A stretch of DNA of 64,000 nt from Octopus vulgaris (Eukaryota). Below, one piece after another: positions 39,704-54,483 of the stretch; the stretch's first letter is position 1; the number at the start of each line of letters is the position of its first letter. The stretch covers positions 199,206,001 through 199,270,000 of the forward strand of contig OX597814.1 in NCBI GenBank assembly GCA_951406725.2, read 5' to 3'. Below the pieces are notes generated by a model, which saw only the letters and a program-made list of their open reading frames with translations, had not been told where the DNA came from and ran no database searches. The position numbers and the translations under genes were made by a program.

Positions 39704-41209
39704 ATCTCCTTTAAATTCATTTATGCGAAATGTTTTGACTATGCAAATAAAAGCTCCCATTCAATTATGCTAGCTACAGTCTAATGGTGCCATCTGGCAA
39801 TAGCTGTCTTTTGGGATTGCACCGAGCTGTGCTGATACATTGTAGGACTCACACACACATGCGCGTGTATGTGCACTTTTGTGTCCCTGTTTTACAAGCA
39901 GCGTCATTCATTTCAAATATTCTGTGAAAACATGTTTGGCCATGTTTGGAAAAAGGTGAGGGTTGGCAACAGGAATGGCATCTCGCCGTAGAAAGTCTAC
40001 TTAGATAAGTTTCGTCCGACCAATGCAAGCAAAGATTACTAGATGTTATAATGATGGTGATGATGAATGCCATGTAACTTGATTTGAGAAGTAGAAAAAA
40101 ACTTAAGGAATTTATGTATCGTTTCCAAAAATGCGTCATATGATGTATTTTTTTCGAGGTGCAACAAAAAATATAATACAGGTGCATTGTTATGGAGACA
40201 CGATAGCATGTAGCAGTTTAGACAGCACATATTCTGGATGCTTGTCTCTGACAAGCGTCAAAGAAGAAGCGTCGAGGAGGGCTGCAAGTATCTGGTAGTT
40301 AATGTCATTACAAGAGATTTGAACCGTTTTAAATTGCGGGGTAGATCCAATCACTTTTCAACACGGCGACGAATTAAGAACAATTCAGAAGCTGCTCTTG
40401 TATGCTATCTAATATACGTATTTACAGAGTGCTCTGTTCCTAAAACAAATGTACTTCTTATATTAGCCCGTCAGGTTGTCATAATTCTCAACACCGTCCC
40501 TCACACGCACATCCCTATCATCTTTGTTAAATATTCCATTGTGACTTTCTCAGAACAGCACAGCAAATAAAATCAATGTTTATTGAAAAACCCATTGTTA
40601 ATGTTAGTAACACTTGAAATTCCAAGAAACTATTAATAGCATATTCACTTACTGCTGACTTGGTAAAATCTGAAGTGAAACGGTGACTACTAATTGACAG
40701 GAAGCTTCAATACTAAAGGTATTTATATCCTCCTTGTTTAAATAAAGAAAATGGGTAAATATTCTAGTTTAGATCAACTAGTATAACTGTAGGAAATAGC
40801 TGGCCAACGTGATAAATGTTGTACAGCGAAGAGATTTCTCGTTGTGTAACAGATACGATTCTTTATTAGCCACACAGGGCTGAATACAGACGGGACAAAT
40901 TACAAAGTAGAGCTTATCTTTTTGGGGAGAAAAAAATGTGGAGTAGGTTTTCGATCAAAAACGATCGTAAAAAGGAAATTGTGTAACATATAGTCATCTC
41001 ATGAGATATTTGTGATAGCTAAATCTAGTATTGACATTTGGGATACTGAATCGGTCTATCAAAGAGGAACGGCATTCATATTCATTGAAAGAGAGTAAAA
41101 AATACTGCAAATTACTAACAGATTATCAATCAGTAACGATCCCAACGCTCATCTAAAAAGAAAAGAAATCGACGAGAGAGCCACTGAATCAACGAAGGGG
41201 CATTTAAAA

Positions 41210-41354
41210 CAGTCATAGGTGAACTACGGCACGCGGGACATTCTGAACGGCACGCCTATCGAAAAACTACCTTAAATGTTTTTAGTAGTGTAACTCACCT
41301 GATGACGATCCACGTCTCATGCATCCCGCTTTTCGAAAAGGTTACCTATGCCTG
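41210..41354. mobile_element. small hAT-like MITE
   Basis: Imperfect TIRs cagtcataggtgaact / aggttacctatgcctg; no clear TSD. Confidence 0.55.
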
Positions 41355-41384
41355 AGCCTGCTAGAAATAGCACCTAAATTGCCC

Positions 41385-41540
41385 GCGCATGTGCGGCTGT
41401 GTGGTAAGAAATTTGCTTCCGAATCGCATGGTTACGGGTTCAGTTCTACTGCGTGATAGCTTGGGTAAATATTTCTACTATATTCCCAGGCCGACCAAAG
41501 CCTTGGGAGTGGATTTAGTGGGCGGAAACTGAAAAAAGAA
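41385..41540 (+). mobile_element. diverged SINE-B 5' half
   Basis: ggctgtgtggtaagaa..gggttcagt..ccgaccaaagccttgggagtggatt. Confidence 0.75.
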
Positions 41541-42219
41541 TGTTAAATCCGCAGCGCAATTGAAAATTTTGAAAATCGCTATTTTGAGTCGAATTTCATG
41601 GATTATAAGTAGTAACAAACACATATTTCTACATAGCAGAATCCAAAACATTAAATGTAGTATTCTTAAGAGATTGCATATCAAGTTTCAATACAATTAA
41701 CCAGTATCTTGAGGTTCCACATTGACCTATAAAGAAAATGGGGGTGTGAACTTCTCTCCTGTGTCGCTGCAACGGTCGTTGCGTGTGCACGTACGTCATA
41801 TGTGTGTGAAGTTTTCTGCTTTGTACTTTGACTTTAGGCTATTTTATTAAAATTAATGATCGTGTTAAATTTAGTGTTGTCTATATCTAGTGATGACTCA
41901 TAAACCGATAACGCGTCATGATATTGAATACCATGTGATCTTAGCAACCGAGTTTTGCCAAATTAGAAGAACGTACTAAAATGTATTTTATTTGAAAGAG
42001 AAAAAAGAAAAGAATTTAGTTAAGAAAGACCTTTAATTGAACAAATTATAGCAGATTGTAGCAGAAAAGATAATTCTTCTTCGTGTTCATTCAGCATAAA
42101 ATTCAGCACTGAATATATTCCGGTTAAATTTACAATTTAAATATACGATAAAATCTTTATAAGAATTTATCAAGTAGTTAGCCTGAAAAACCTCATAGGG
42201 AAAAATTTATTATTTAATT

Positions 42220-42487
42220 ATTCCCTATAACATTGTCCCGAAAGAGATCAAAGAGGAAAAGGATCCCATCAACTTTAAACGGAGTCTGGATAGATTCCTT
42301 CAAAGAATACCAGATAAGCCACCCATAATTGGATACAATTCATCCAACAAAAACTCCCTACTTGAATGGACCATAAACAAAACTTGACTTAAACAGGATT
42401 CCAATAATCCTATCAGGTGGTGCTATTAAGTTAGACATGGCCTGGACCAATCATTGGTCGAAACATATCTAAGTTTATCTAAGTTTA
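42220..42487 (+). mobile_element. 3' fragment of the second CR1-group LINE family
   Basis: PKEIKEEKDPINFKRSLDRFLQRIPDKPP..NSLLEW; tail (atctaagttt)2. Confidence 0.85.
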
Positions 42488-42645
42488 TATTTTATTCTGA
42501 ATAAACACGAGTACCGAAATGCAATTTGAAAAGCCCGCCTCTTAGATAGATATATAAGTGTAAACAATTTCTATGTACTGTACAGGATACATGTGGTGTT
42601 CGTCTGGTTTGTTTATTTTTGTTTATTTTTATGTCTTGACTATTC

Positions 42646-42705
42646 TTGCACTGACGAGTAAAAAGTGTATTTTGTGCACTAATTACGAAATCATATGATA
42701 TGCAA
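42646..42705 (+). ncRNA. type I hammerhead ribozyme motif with intact core
   Basis: ttgca-CTGACGA-gtaa..ttac-GAAA-tcatatga-TA-tgcaa; all three helices form; triplet AUA. Confidence 0.75.
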
Positions 42706-43968
42706 CTGAGTCTGCTTTTAGGAGGCTCGCTTCGAGAGTTGCATTCCCATGCGTTCGGTACATTGTGGTTATTATAGTAGTTTTGACTTTAAGACTCCCT
42801 CCTAGCGTGAGGCATTTATGTATAGTAATGCCCTTAATATAAATAAATATATTTATAGGGAACAATTAACAAACTTTTCCCTTATGAAGATTTTCACGCT
42901 AACTACTTGATAAATGTTTATAAAGATTTTATCATATATATATATATATGTGTGTGTGTGCGTGCGTATCTTTGTGCTTCCACCGTTTGATGTTGTCTGG
43001 TTTACTGTCCTCGCAATTAAGAAGTTCGGCAAAGGGAGACTGATAGAATAAGTATCACTCATTTGTTCGACTAAAACTTCTTCGTGGCTGCAGTCCAATG
43101 ATAGAAGCAAGCAATAAATAAATAAATAAATAAATAAATAAATGGTAAATAACTCCCGACGGTGAAGGTAATGTGGGAATGAATGCAAACTATTCCCCTA
43201 CCACCATTACTTCTAGCCTTCCAAAAAGAAAAAAAAGGAAGAAGTGGATGGGAACGGTTTGAACATCATTGATAATCAAAGACCTGCTTGATCAGAGCTG
43301 AACAACAAGTGAAAAGAAAACAATATTACTTACAGTAGAATGAGGTCAGTTCAGAAACAGTCATAGTATTCCATGAAATCGCTTGGGTAGCATCTGACAT
43401 ATCTCACTACAACCATGGAATACATACTGTTGAATGAGAAGTTGAAAGTAATGTTTTCAAAACATAATCAAAGTTTGATGACATTTTACGTGACATTAAA
43501 TCTGTTAGTGAATGAAAACTTGTGAGAATTCTCAAGTGGAAAACATTGCATATAGAGTAAAGGTTATGCATAGATATTTCTCTTTTAACTTTGATAATAC
43601 GTCCATTAGATTATCTTTCACTTTATAATTGAGGGAGTGTGTTTTGTGGAGCCACTACTATTATATACCTCATAAGAAGGAGGCGAATGTTTTTGCTTTT
43701 TATTTTTTTTAGAAGAGGGGGACTTTCTTGTATCGACCCCAGTGTATAACTGGTAGTTTATGTTGAATGTTTTTTGTTTTTTTTCCGAAAGGTTAAAATG
43801 AAGTCAACTCCAAGGAAAGTCAGGGAGAAGGAAACTATTAAATGTTTTTATTATGTATTGAAAGTTCGTTTTTGTTCTTCTACATACTGAGTTGAAATCC
43901 TGTCGTGGTCGATCAGGCTTTTCATTTCCCTAGGCTATATACGAATACCAGTTATGTATTAGTTTCAA

Positions 43969-44560
43969 TTCTAACGCGACCCCGTCGGCTCCGCCAACGA
44001 ATTTGTGTCTGTCACAAATAATATATATATATATATATATATGTGACTGTGTATGTGACAATTATGGAATGCCGCACGTGCGCACAGATATATATATATA
44101 TATATATATACACAGTATCAAACATCAGATGAAATGGACGTGTGTGTGTGTGAGAGAGGGAGAGCATCGGAAACAATGAATGAGATAAACATGGAATGAA
44201 AAAATCATATGAATGAACGGACGTTAAAAACTATCTTGTACCGTATATCTAAATTTGTGAACTTAGCAAACATTTCTTTCAGTAACATATCGAAGTTGTT
44301 TACAAACAGCGAACATTAAAATAGAGAGTGAGAGACTTCGCTGTTTTTACGTCAATACCGGAAGCTGATATTGAGAAACCTTTTTAAAGAATTGAATCAT
44401 AAATATAAAGCAATAAGTTTTATTTTTAGTTTTAAAAAAATCAAATGAAGAGCCTAACTTATGTCCGAGGTCAAATTATTCATGCATCACAAATATGGAA
44501 GGAATTGGTGAAGCCGTTTTCTCGCGAAAAGCGAATACACATTCATTTCTATTATATATA
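43969..44560 (-). mobile_element. non-autonomous Helitron
   Basis: 44062-44545 is homologous to 50231-51183; terminal hairpin cgtcggc-tcc-gccaacg next to a degenerate ctag. Confidence 0.7.
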
Positions 44561-44565
44561 ATACC

Positions 44566-44670
44566 TAATTAACTTCAATTTAGTATTACAAATATATATA
44601 TATATATATTATATTATTTATTGATATATAGGTGGATTATGTATTTGTAATACTAAATTGAAGTAAATTA
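44566..44670. repeat. 29-bp-arm inverted repeat in TA-rich sequence
   Basis: taattaacttcaatttagtattacaaata / tatttgtaatactaaattgaagtaaatta, one mismatch. Confidence 0.85.
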
Positions 44671-44695
44671 TATATATATATTTATATATATATAT

Positions 44696-44886
44696 CCGCG
44701 TGTGTATCGTTGGCGATTTTTTCCCTCCGTCTTCCCTTCCTTGGACCTTTCCTTTTTCTATGTTTCTGACGAAGAGCTCCGCTCGAAACGTTAAATCCTC
44801 CTCCTTTCTTCCCTTTCCTGAGCGTCCAATAACTCTATACTTGTTCCACGTCCTCGCGTTGTTGTGTTTTCATGTTTGGATTAACT
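44696..44886 (+). mobile_element. Penelope-like pLTR-type short element between (TA)n tracts
   Basis: Contains the minimal hammerhead at 44762-44796; same organisation as 14560-14740. Confidence 0.65.
44762..44796 (+). ncRNA. minimal type I hammerhead ribozyme motif
   Basis: gttt-CTGACGA-a-gagc(tcc)gctc-GAAA-cg-TT-aaat; palindromic stem III aacgtt. Confidence 0.7.
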
Positions 44887-44895
44887 ATATATATA

Positions 44896-45290
44896 GGCGC
44901 AGAAGTGGCTGTGTGGTAAGTAGCTTGCTAACCAACCACATGGTTCCGGGTTCGGTCCCACTGCGCGGCATATGGGCAAGTGTTTTCTACTATAGCCTTG
45001 TGAGTGGATTTGGTAGACGGAAACTGAAAGAAGCCCGTCGTATATATGTATATATATGTATATATATATATATATATATGTGTGTGTTTGTCCCCCCAGC
45101 ATTGCTTGACAACCGATGCTGGTGTGTTTACGTCCCCGTTACTTAGCGGTTCGGCAAAAAGACCGATAGAATAAGTACTGGGCTTACAAAGAATAAGTCC
45201 TGGGGTCGAGTTGCTCGACTAAAGGCGGTGCTCCAGCATGGCCGCAGTCAAATGACTGAAACAAGTAAAAGAGAAAAAGAGTAAAGAGTA
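44896..45290 (+). mobile_element. near-full SINE-B (tRNA head, CORE-like, internal microsatellite, LINE-like 3' end)
   Basis: ggcgcagaagtggctgtgtggtaag..ggttcggtccc..gggcaagtg..(TA)n..ggcggtgctccagcatggccgcagtcaaatgactgaaacaagtaaaagag. Confidence 0.9.
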
Positions 45291-45709
45291 TACACTCACA
45301 CGCCACCCGTATGGGTAAATCTTGAACAAGTCTGCATAGGAAAGTGTAACTTTGACAAATATGTAGTGTAACTGAACGAAATAAATGCTATATCGAAAGA
45401 CAACAGAAACACATGTCAGAATGGAATTTAATGTGAATTCAATGAGAATAATACTGTAATAGACAAAATTTGAAGACGAATAATTCCTCTTTATTATGTC
45501 TTGATTATATATTCTGTATGTGCTGTATGGAATCCATTGAACTCCGGATTTACTTATTCAGTGATGTACATTGTAATTGTTTATCTTAAACAATCCTGTA
45601 TATTCTCTACCATTCCATGTGGTTAGCCAGAGCTGGATTGTATCACAGTGCTAATAAGGTACCTGCCTCAATTCCGAATCTTTATAGTGTGTGTGTGTGT
45701 TTGTGTATA

Positions 45710-46270
45710 CACACCATTTCATATGGCTGCAGTCTTCTCAGTTAAAAATTACTAGAAGCCAGTTCTTCTGTCCGTTCTCCTTCAGAGCTATCGCCTTCCT
45801 AATTGGATTGTCAACAACGCAGCTTGCGCTGTCCATGTCTACCTTGTATATTTCATGTCTGACATTGTTTCTACGGTTTGGTGTTCTTTATATCAACAAC
45901 CTCTTTACAGGGTGGACCGGGTATAAAATTATCCTGCCAACGTACGAGAAGTTCTCCCGTGCAAAGTGTGGCGAAGAGTCTCCTCTGCTCTGCACGAGTT
46001 AGCATTCGGGGTTATTGCTCTCCTAGGCGAGTATGAGTGATACCACTTGCGGAGTCCGCATCTCGATCGTTCGCTCATCATTTCTTGTATCAGTCTTTAT
46101 TCATTTGGAGTTATTGTCGGCAAATGTGTTCTGGTTGTGTACCCGATGTCGCGGGTGGATCGAAGCACTTTCATTACGGTTGGCAGACCATGCCGAGGAA
46201 CGGGTAGATGTACAGCTAACAAGTGGCTGCCAGTCGCAGCTTGTAGTATAGAAGCTGTTTCCGTTATTTA
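45710..46270 (+). pseudogene. possible degraded LINE (Tx1/L1-like) C-terminal region
   Basis: Higher-GC, non-SINE block with coding-like Cys/Trp fragments (LLSANVFWLCTR); weak resemblance only. Confidence 0.3.
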
Positions 46271-47764
46271 GGTAAACGCGGGGAAAGTCTTATAGGAGTT
46301 ATTTGAGAATGGGGTTCTCTGTATAGGGCTACGTAATTTAGCGGCCAAGCGTGTGTCGAGATTGGTTTTATGTAAATCACAAATGTAAAGTAAGATTGTG
46401 GGTATACCATTGTTAAATAAATGGTCATTGAAGTAGCATGAAATAAAAACATATGCATGTAAACGACAACAAAATTCCTCAATAAAATATCGATACTTGT
46501 TAATTTCTTTCTTCTTTCTCAGCGTTGAGGTTTGCCAATATTTGAGGAATAATAAACATGGCGAATTTCTATAAGAACGTCCAATCTAAAGAAATCGATG
46601 TGTGTGAGAGAGAGTTTGTGTGTGTGTGTGTATGTGGCCTTAATCAGTTTTAACTTGTTTATAAAAGACACGTGAAGGAAAGAGAATAATATTTTTTTTT
46701 AATATTTAATTTTTGTATTAATATCATAAAACATGCTGGTACATGTTTGTTTCTATTCTCTCTCTTTTTTCTTCTTTTTCTTGTCAGTTAATATTTCCTA
46801 TTCTGCTTATATGATCCATACTGCAAATATTAACACAGTTCCATAGAAAATATAATAAAATTGAATTAAAACAACAGTTTACTTTTCCGTGATTGTTTTG
46901 TGTAACAACATCCAAAATATACAGTGTTTATTGTTTTGTCGCAAAATCTTAAAAAGAATCTTAAATTCTTATCTCAAGTTTGATGATATTTGGTCATTGC
47001 AATTTGTTCAGTACTTTTTCTCGAAGGAAAACAAGGCAAAAAGAAAATTGATTTCCGTTGTAATTCGATATCCACTTTCATAGATTCACTGCATGCGGAG
47101 TTGTATTCATTTTTCGATAAATTTGATGTTTTTCTATGAAGTTTTCTTCTTTCTTTAATATATATTTCCCTGTCGCATACAAAGTGTTTCGTATACGTAA
47201 AATGTTAACAAATTTGATAAGAGAAAAAAAGAAATTAGATTACATCCTGGTTGGTATTCTTCTTGTTGGTATTCCTCATGTATAGAAATGCACAAACACG
47301 TATTTGCGCATGTGCACAGACACTTGCATATTATATCATGTCTGGCAAAAATATATTGTCAAAATAATATAATTATCATTTGTTAGACTTTTGCTATTTT
47401 CTCGATTTTGGAATGGGTATGCACCTCACAAGATAACCAATAATCCTAAATTTGTTATTCAGCATCGTTCTTAGCTGTCAGGTTTGTCTCCTCTGTTAGT
47501 TATCAGGATGTGACAAGAAGGGAATCTGCTGAGTAAACATTCGTAGCTTGCTATTGTCAATAACAGTTTGAAGACTTTGAAAGACGAGAAGAAATGTATT
47601 CAATTATGCAAAGGTATATCCAAGTAGAACGGCTTCACAAGCCTATGAGATACCGAAAAAAAACAGAAGGTAAATTCCAATACAAGGCATTAAATTCGTT
47701 AATCCATTGGAATTGAAAGCTAGTCTGGTGAAACCCATTTCCATGAAACCCCTATCTGAAATGG

Positions 47765-48048
47765 TGAATACGCGGGTTTAGTGGCCAGGATATTCGGCTC
47801 ACGATCTTAAGGTTGTGAGTTCGGTCTCCGGCCACGTTGTGTCCTTGAGTAGGGCACTTTATTTCACACTACTCGAATCCCCTCAGCTGGCAAAATTGCG
47901 TTACACCAGTAATTCAAAGGGCCAGCCTTGTTACATTCGGTGTCATGCTTAATCTCCCCTACACTAAGATTATGCATGTTTGTAGAGTGCCCAGCCACTT
48001 GCGCATTAATTTCACAAATAGCCAAGTATCCGACGGAGTGCCTCGGCA

Positions 48049-48050
<2 letters not shown>
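47765..48050 (+). mobile_element. diverged tRNA-derived CORE-like SINE
   Basis: tagtggccagg..gagttcggtctcc..tccttgagtagggcactttatttcac; 3' part resembles SINE-D. Confidence 0.7.
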
Positions 48051-48084
<34 letters not shown>

Positions 48085-48086
<2 letters not shown>

Positions 48087-48677
48087 TAATACAAATAAGA
48101 AAATGGAGGAACAGATTCCTTTCAATCATCGACTTACAGATATTACCAATTCATATTATTTATTAACTACTTAAATAGGAACATCCAAATCCAACAGAAT
48201 AAAACAATATACATCAATAAGTAAGATAATACCATAAAAATAATGCACATAAAATGGATCTTACAGCTGTTTCAGCCTGTAGATAAAGGTATCTCATTGT
48301 GCCTATATTAGTTAGATGTACTGAGGTAATATGCAGTTAAAAATGAGTTACTTATATATATATCCCAAGGCCTCATCAGAGATTATAAAGTACAATTATA
48401 TATTCTATGAGAATATCATATACTGAATTTACAGTGGGTGCTCTTTTGTATCAAAGTATTAATGCTATTAAAGTATTTATACATTTAATACGAGCGATTA
48501 TAAACTGTTAAATTTTAAACATTCATATTTATTATATATGTATTTATCATTATATATATATTATATACTTATACATATTTACATATATTTATATATATAT
48601 TTATATTTTTAATACAATAATTATTCTACACATGTATATATCTTTCTGAAGAATTTTCTGATATTATTAACAAATTA
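48085..48677 (-). mobile_element. Penelope-like pLTR-type element between (TA)n tracts
   Basis: (TA)n on both sides; carries the hammerhead at 48258-48383 about 170 nt from its end. Confidence 0.65.
48258..48383 (-). ncRNA. type I hammerhead ribozyme motif with extended stem II
   Basis: Reverse strand: atct-CTGATGA-ggcct..(89 nt)..aggct-GAAA-cagctg-TA-agat; triplet GUA. Confidence 0.75.
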
Positions 48678-48700
48678 ATATATATATATATATATATATA

Positions 48701-51186
<2,486 letters not shown>

Positions 51187-51192
51187 TCACTA

Positions 51193-51448
51193 GTGTGTGT
51201 GTCTCTGTCTGTCTGTGTCTCTGTCTGTCTGTCTGTCTCTGTCTGTCTGTCTGTGTCTCTGTCTGTCTGTCTGTGTCTCTTTCTGTCTGTCTGTGTCTCT
51301 TTCTGTCTGTCTGTGTCTCTGTCTCTGTCTGTGTCTCTGTCTGTGTCTCTGTCTGTCTGTGTCTCTGTCTGTCTGTGTCTCTGTCTGTCTGTGTCTCTGT
51401 CTGTGTCTCTGTCTGTCTGTGTTTCTGTCTGTCTGTGTCTCTGTCTGT
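51193..51448. repeat. (GTCT)/(GTGTCT)-type microsatellite
   Basis: Read directly. Confidence 0.95.
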
Positions 51449-51709
51449 CGCGAATGATTTTAAATTAACATAGCAATCTATAAAAAATAGACTTTTGTTG
51501 CAAAGCTGGCTAATGGACCTATTTCAACCAGTGGTGTTCTTCCTTTTGGGATTAACATTATTGTGACATTGAGTGGACTACATTCGAATTAATTGTATTT
51601 ATTCAAATATCTTAGATAAAAGAATGAAATAATATTTGCAAAATGTTTGTTTCGTGAAAAACAGGGATACGGAGTTATGCAAGATTATGGGACTTCAGTG
51701 ATATGAAAT

Positions 51710-51882
51710 CAGCAGTTCTCAACCGCGGCTCCCACGGCCGCATGAGGTCCTCAAGCATCCATCCGCTGGGTCCTATGATCTCCCTTCTATACGTACAGTA
51801 AATTTTCTTTTTCGGAGCGGCCTCCTAAAAAGTCTTTAGGTTTGGAATCTGGCCTGGATTTTAAAAAGGCTGAGAACAACTG
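51710..51882. mobile_element. hAT-like MITE
   Basis: TIRs cagcagttctcaacc / ggctgagaacaactg; degenerate 8-bp TSD tatgaaat/tatgagac. Confidence 0.7.
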
Positions 51883-52188
51883 TATGAGACTCTTTGTGGA
51901 AACTGGAACAGTCGAGTCATGGAAAAGACATTTCTAGACATTTAAGTTATCTTTAAGTTGTCCTTGTTTGTTAAAAGTATTGTCTGCTGTGATGTGTCAA
52001 TGTCGAAGTCGCAGAGGAATGCGAGATATTTCGACACCTTATAAACAGCGCTCTTTAGAGATAATCCGGAAAATAATGTTATATTTTTCTTCTTTATTAT
52101 TTTGATTCAAATTACATTGTGATAGCTATCTGAGGTTAATCACCAGTAATGCATGCATGCATGCATGCATGCATGCATGCGCGCACGC

Positions 52189-52237
<49 letters not shown>

Positions 52238-52289
52238 CACGCGCGCACACACGCGCACTCTGTACGCTAACGCACGAACCTCTCGGCTC

Positions 52290-52475
52290 TTGAGCCACTC
52301 TGTTACTTCTGCTAAATATTTGGAACGTCCAGTACGGGGGCTGGTGTACCTCTCCGTGCCAAAATTTGGTGCCAACCACTTCAGGAACTTCCATACGTAT
52401 ATCGCTGCACATCTTTCCCGTCTCCTCTCCATGGAGTAAAGCTGTAGCTCTTTCAATCTCTCGCAGTAGCACAAA
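52290..52475 (-). pseudogene. diverged CR1-group LINE ORF2 3' fragment
   Basis: YCERLKELQLYSMERRRERCAAIYVWKFLKWLAPNFG is homologous to 38690-38810. Confidence 0.85.
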
Positions 52476-52574
52476 ATGAGGACACCACATCGACTAAAAC
52501 AAAAGAGAAATCTCATATAAAAAATATAACTAATAGTAGGGAGGCGTACATGTGTGTATGTGTGTAGCTCTCAG

Positions 52575-53152
52575 TGATGGTCACCCCACAGTGTCAAATG
52601 AATAGTGGTACTCGCTGAGTTGAGCAGTGGTACAACAGGAAAATTGCACCTGTAAAACAGCTGAGCTACTGGGAGAGTCTGAAAGGACTACGATTCTATT
52701 CCCTGGAGCGAAGACGGGAGAGATATGCAGTGATATACGTATGGATAATCCTGAAAGGTTGGCACCAAACTTTGGCACAGTCCTATGCAAGCACCCGAAC
52801 TGGATGTTACTGTACTGTTCCAGTGGTTCTAGCTATCCTGTCCAGAATGAGGACCATGTACTACAATAGCTAATGGTTCAAGAGCCCACAGCTGTTGAAT
52901 GCTATGCCAAAATATGTGAGGGATCTTCAAGGAGTAGGGGTAGATATTTTCAAGAAAAGAACTTACCTCTTGCTGTCCAGTGTTTCAGATGGACCTACAT
53001 CACGGCAAGAAGCTCAAATGAGGTCAGTAGTGTCGAACCCCCTTCCTTCACCAAAAGTGAATCACAACAGAATAGCTATTGAGAAGGTGATAACACTAGT
53101 GTTGCTCCACCATGGCTACAGCCTTTGTGCTGAAATGTACAAAAGAATAAAA
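52575..53152 (+). pseudogene. diverged CR1-group LINE 3' end
   Basis: SYWESLKGLRFYSLERRRERYAVIYVW; NAMPKYVRDLQGVGVDIFK..PTSRQEAQMRS; 3' UTR motif catggctacagc..gctgaaa. Confidence 0.85.
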
Positions 53153-53758
53153 CAATGATAGATAAATGAGCTAAGGCAGCGCACTTAATATCGTTATATT
53201 CTTCTTTATCTGGTTATTTGTATAAAGCAAATATAAATGAAGTTTAATTTGAAGTGTTGCAATTAGAAGTGCGAGAAAACGAGGAGGCATTTCTATAACA
53301 GACAACATTTGTACATCGAAACATTGTAGATAGACAGAAGTGAGCAAATGAATTCTTCAATAATATTTCATTCAATTGTTCCGTGTTAGAGGTCGCATGG
53401 AAATAAATTAATTTCAAAGTGCATCTGATTGAATATATCGTAGCTCAGTAAAGTTCTGTATCTCCAATAATTATTCTTTTAATAAGTTAGTTAAGGTAGG
53501 AAACGAAGTATCCGTAACCTTCGTAGGGCCTCTCATCAGACTTTTGCGGGTAAGTGTGGGTGGAGAAAACGTGAAGTCTGAAGGAATTAATAATCTGGAG
53601 CTAATACTTAGAGCCTGATTGAAAGTAGAAACTGTTAAACCAACAAAGGAAGATTAACGTGTAACGTAAAAATTCTGGAAATCGTAATCAATTTCAGTCG
53701 TTCCTTGCCGTCTTCCAAAAGGATAAATATAATTAGATCTGTAATCCGTATCTATATA

Positions 53759-54179
53759 TATTTCTTTACTGTCCACAAGGGGCGAAACAGAGGGGACAAA
53801 CAAGGACAGACAAAGAGATTAAGTTGATTACGTCGACCCCAGTGCGAAACTGGTACTTTATTTATCGACACCGAAAGGATGAAAGGCAAAGTCGACCTCG
53901 GCGGAATTTGAACTAAGAACGTAACGATAGACGAAATGCCTATTTCTTTACTAACCACAAGGGGCTAAACACAGAGAGGACAAACAAGGACAGACAAACG
54001 GATTAAGTCGATTATATCGACCCCAGTGCGTAACTGGTACTTATTTAATCGACCCCGAAAGGATGAAAGGCAAAGTCGACCTCGGCGGAATTTTAACTCA
54101 GAACGTAGCGGCAGACGAAATACCGCAAAGCATTTCGCCCGGCGTGCAGACGTTTCTGCTAGCTCGCCGCCTTATGCAG
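53759..54179 (-). mobile_element. SINE-A dimer
   Basis: Two units, one head; 14-bp TSD tccgtatctatata at 53745-53758 and 54180-54193. Confidence 0.9.
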
Positions 54180-54289
54180 TCCGTATCTATATAATTGACT
54201 TAATGACGTGGAGAGGAGTAAGACATGGTTCAAAAGTTTGAAGTAAGAGGTGGAGAGAAAAAGTACCTGTCACCTGATTATGATTCAAA

Positions 54290-54483
54290 CGATCTCCTTC
54301 CATCAAATCGTCGTTGCCTGAATATGTGCCCAGTGTTACATACGCCAGGTGTCGAAGTGATCGCAGAGCAACTTGAGATAGTGTTTTGCTCAAGAATGCT
54401 ATGCACCACTCGGTTCAGGAATTGAAACTACGGTCTCGCGAACGTGATGGCGACACCCTAAGCACTAAGCTATGCACCCTCAC
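54290..54483 (-). mobile_element. diverged CORE-like SINE
   Basis: gtgttttgctcaagaa..ggaattgaaac..cctaagcactaagctatgc. Confidence 0.65.

Noticed and set aside
40181-40298. Possible exon VHCYGDTIACSS..
   Set aside because: No polypyrimidine tract, no recognisable protein, ends in a stop
41295-41345. ctgatga..cgaaa motif
   Set aside because: Lies inside a MITE and the helices do not form
46500-46535. Strong acceptor-like site ttctttctcag with a possible 7-nt microexon (similar sites near 1913 and 5959)
   Set aside because: Such sites are common in AT-rich DNA; no reading frame or partner exons can be supported without RNA-seq
53505-53545. Minus-strand aagt-CTGATGA..GAAG motif
   Set aside because: GAAA core and stem III are not satisfied
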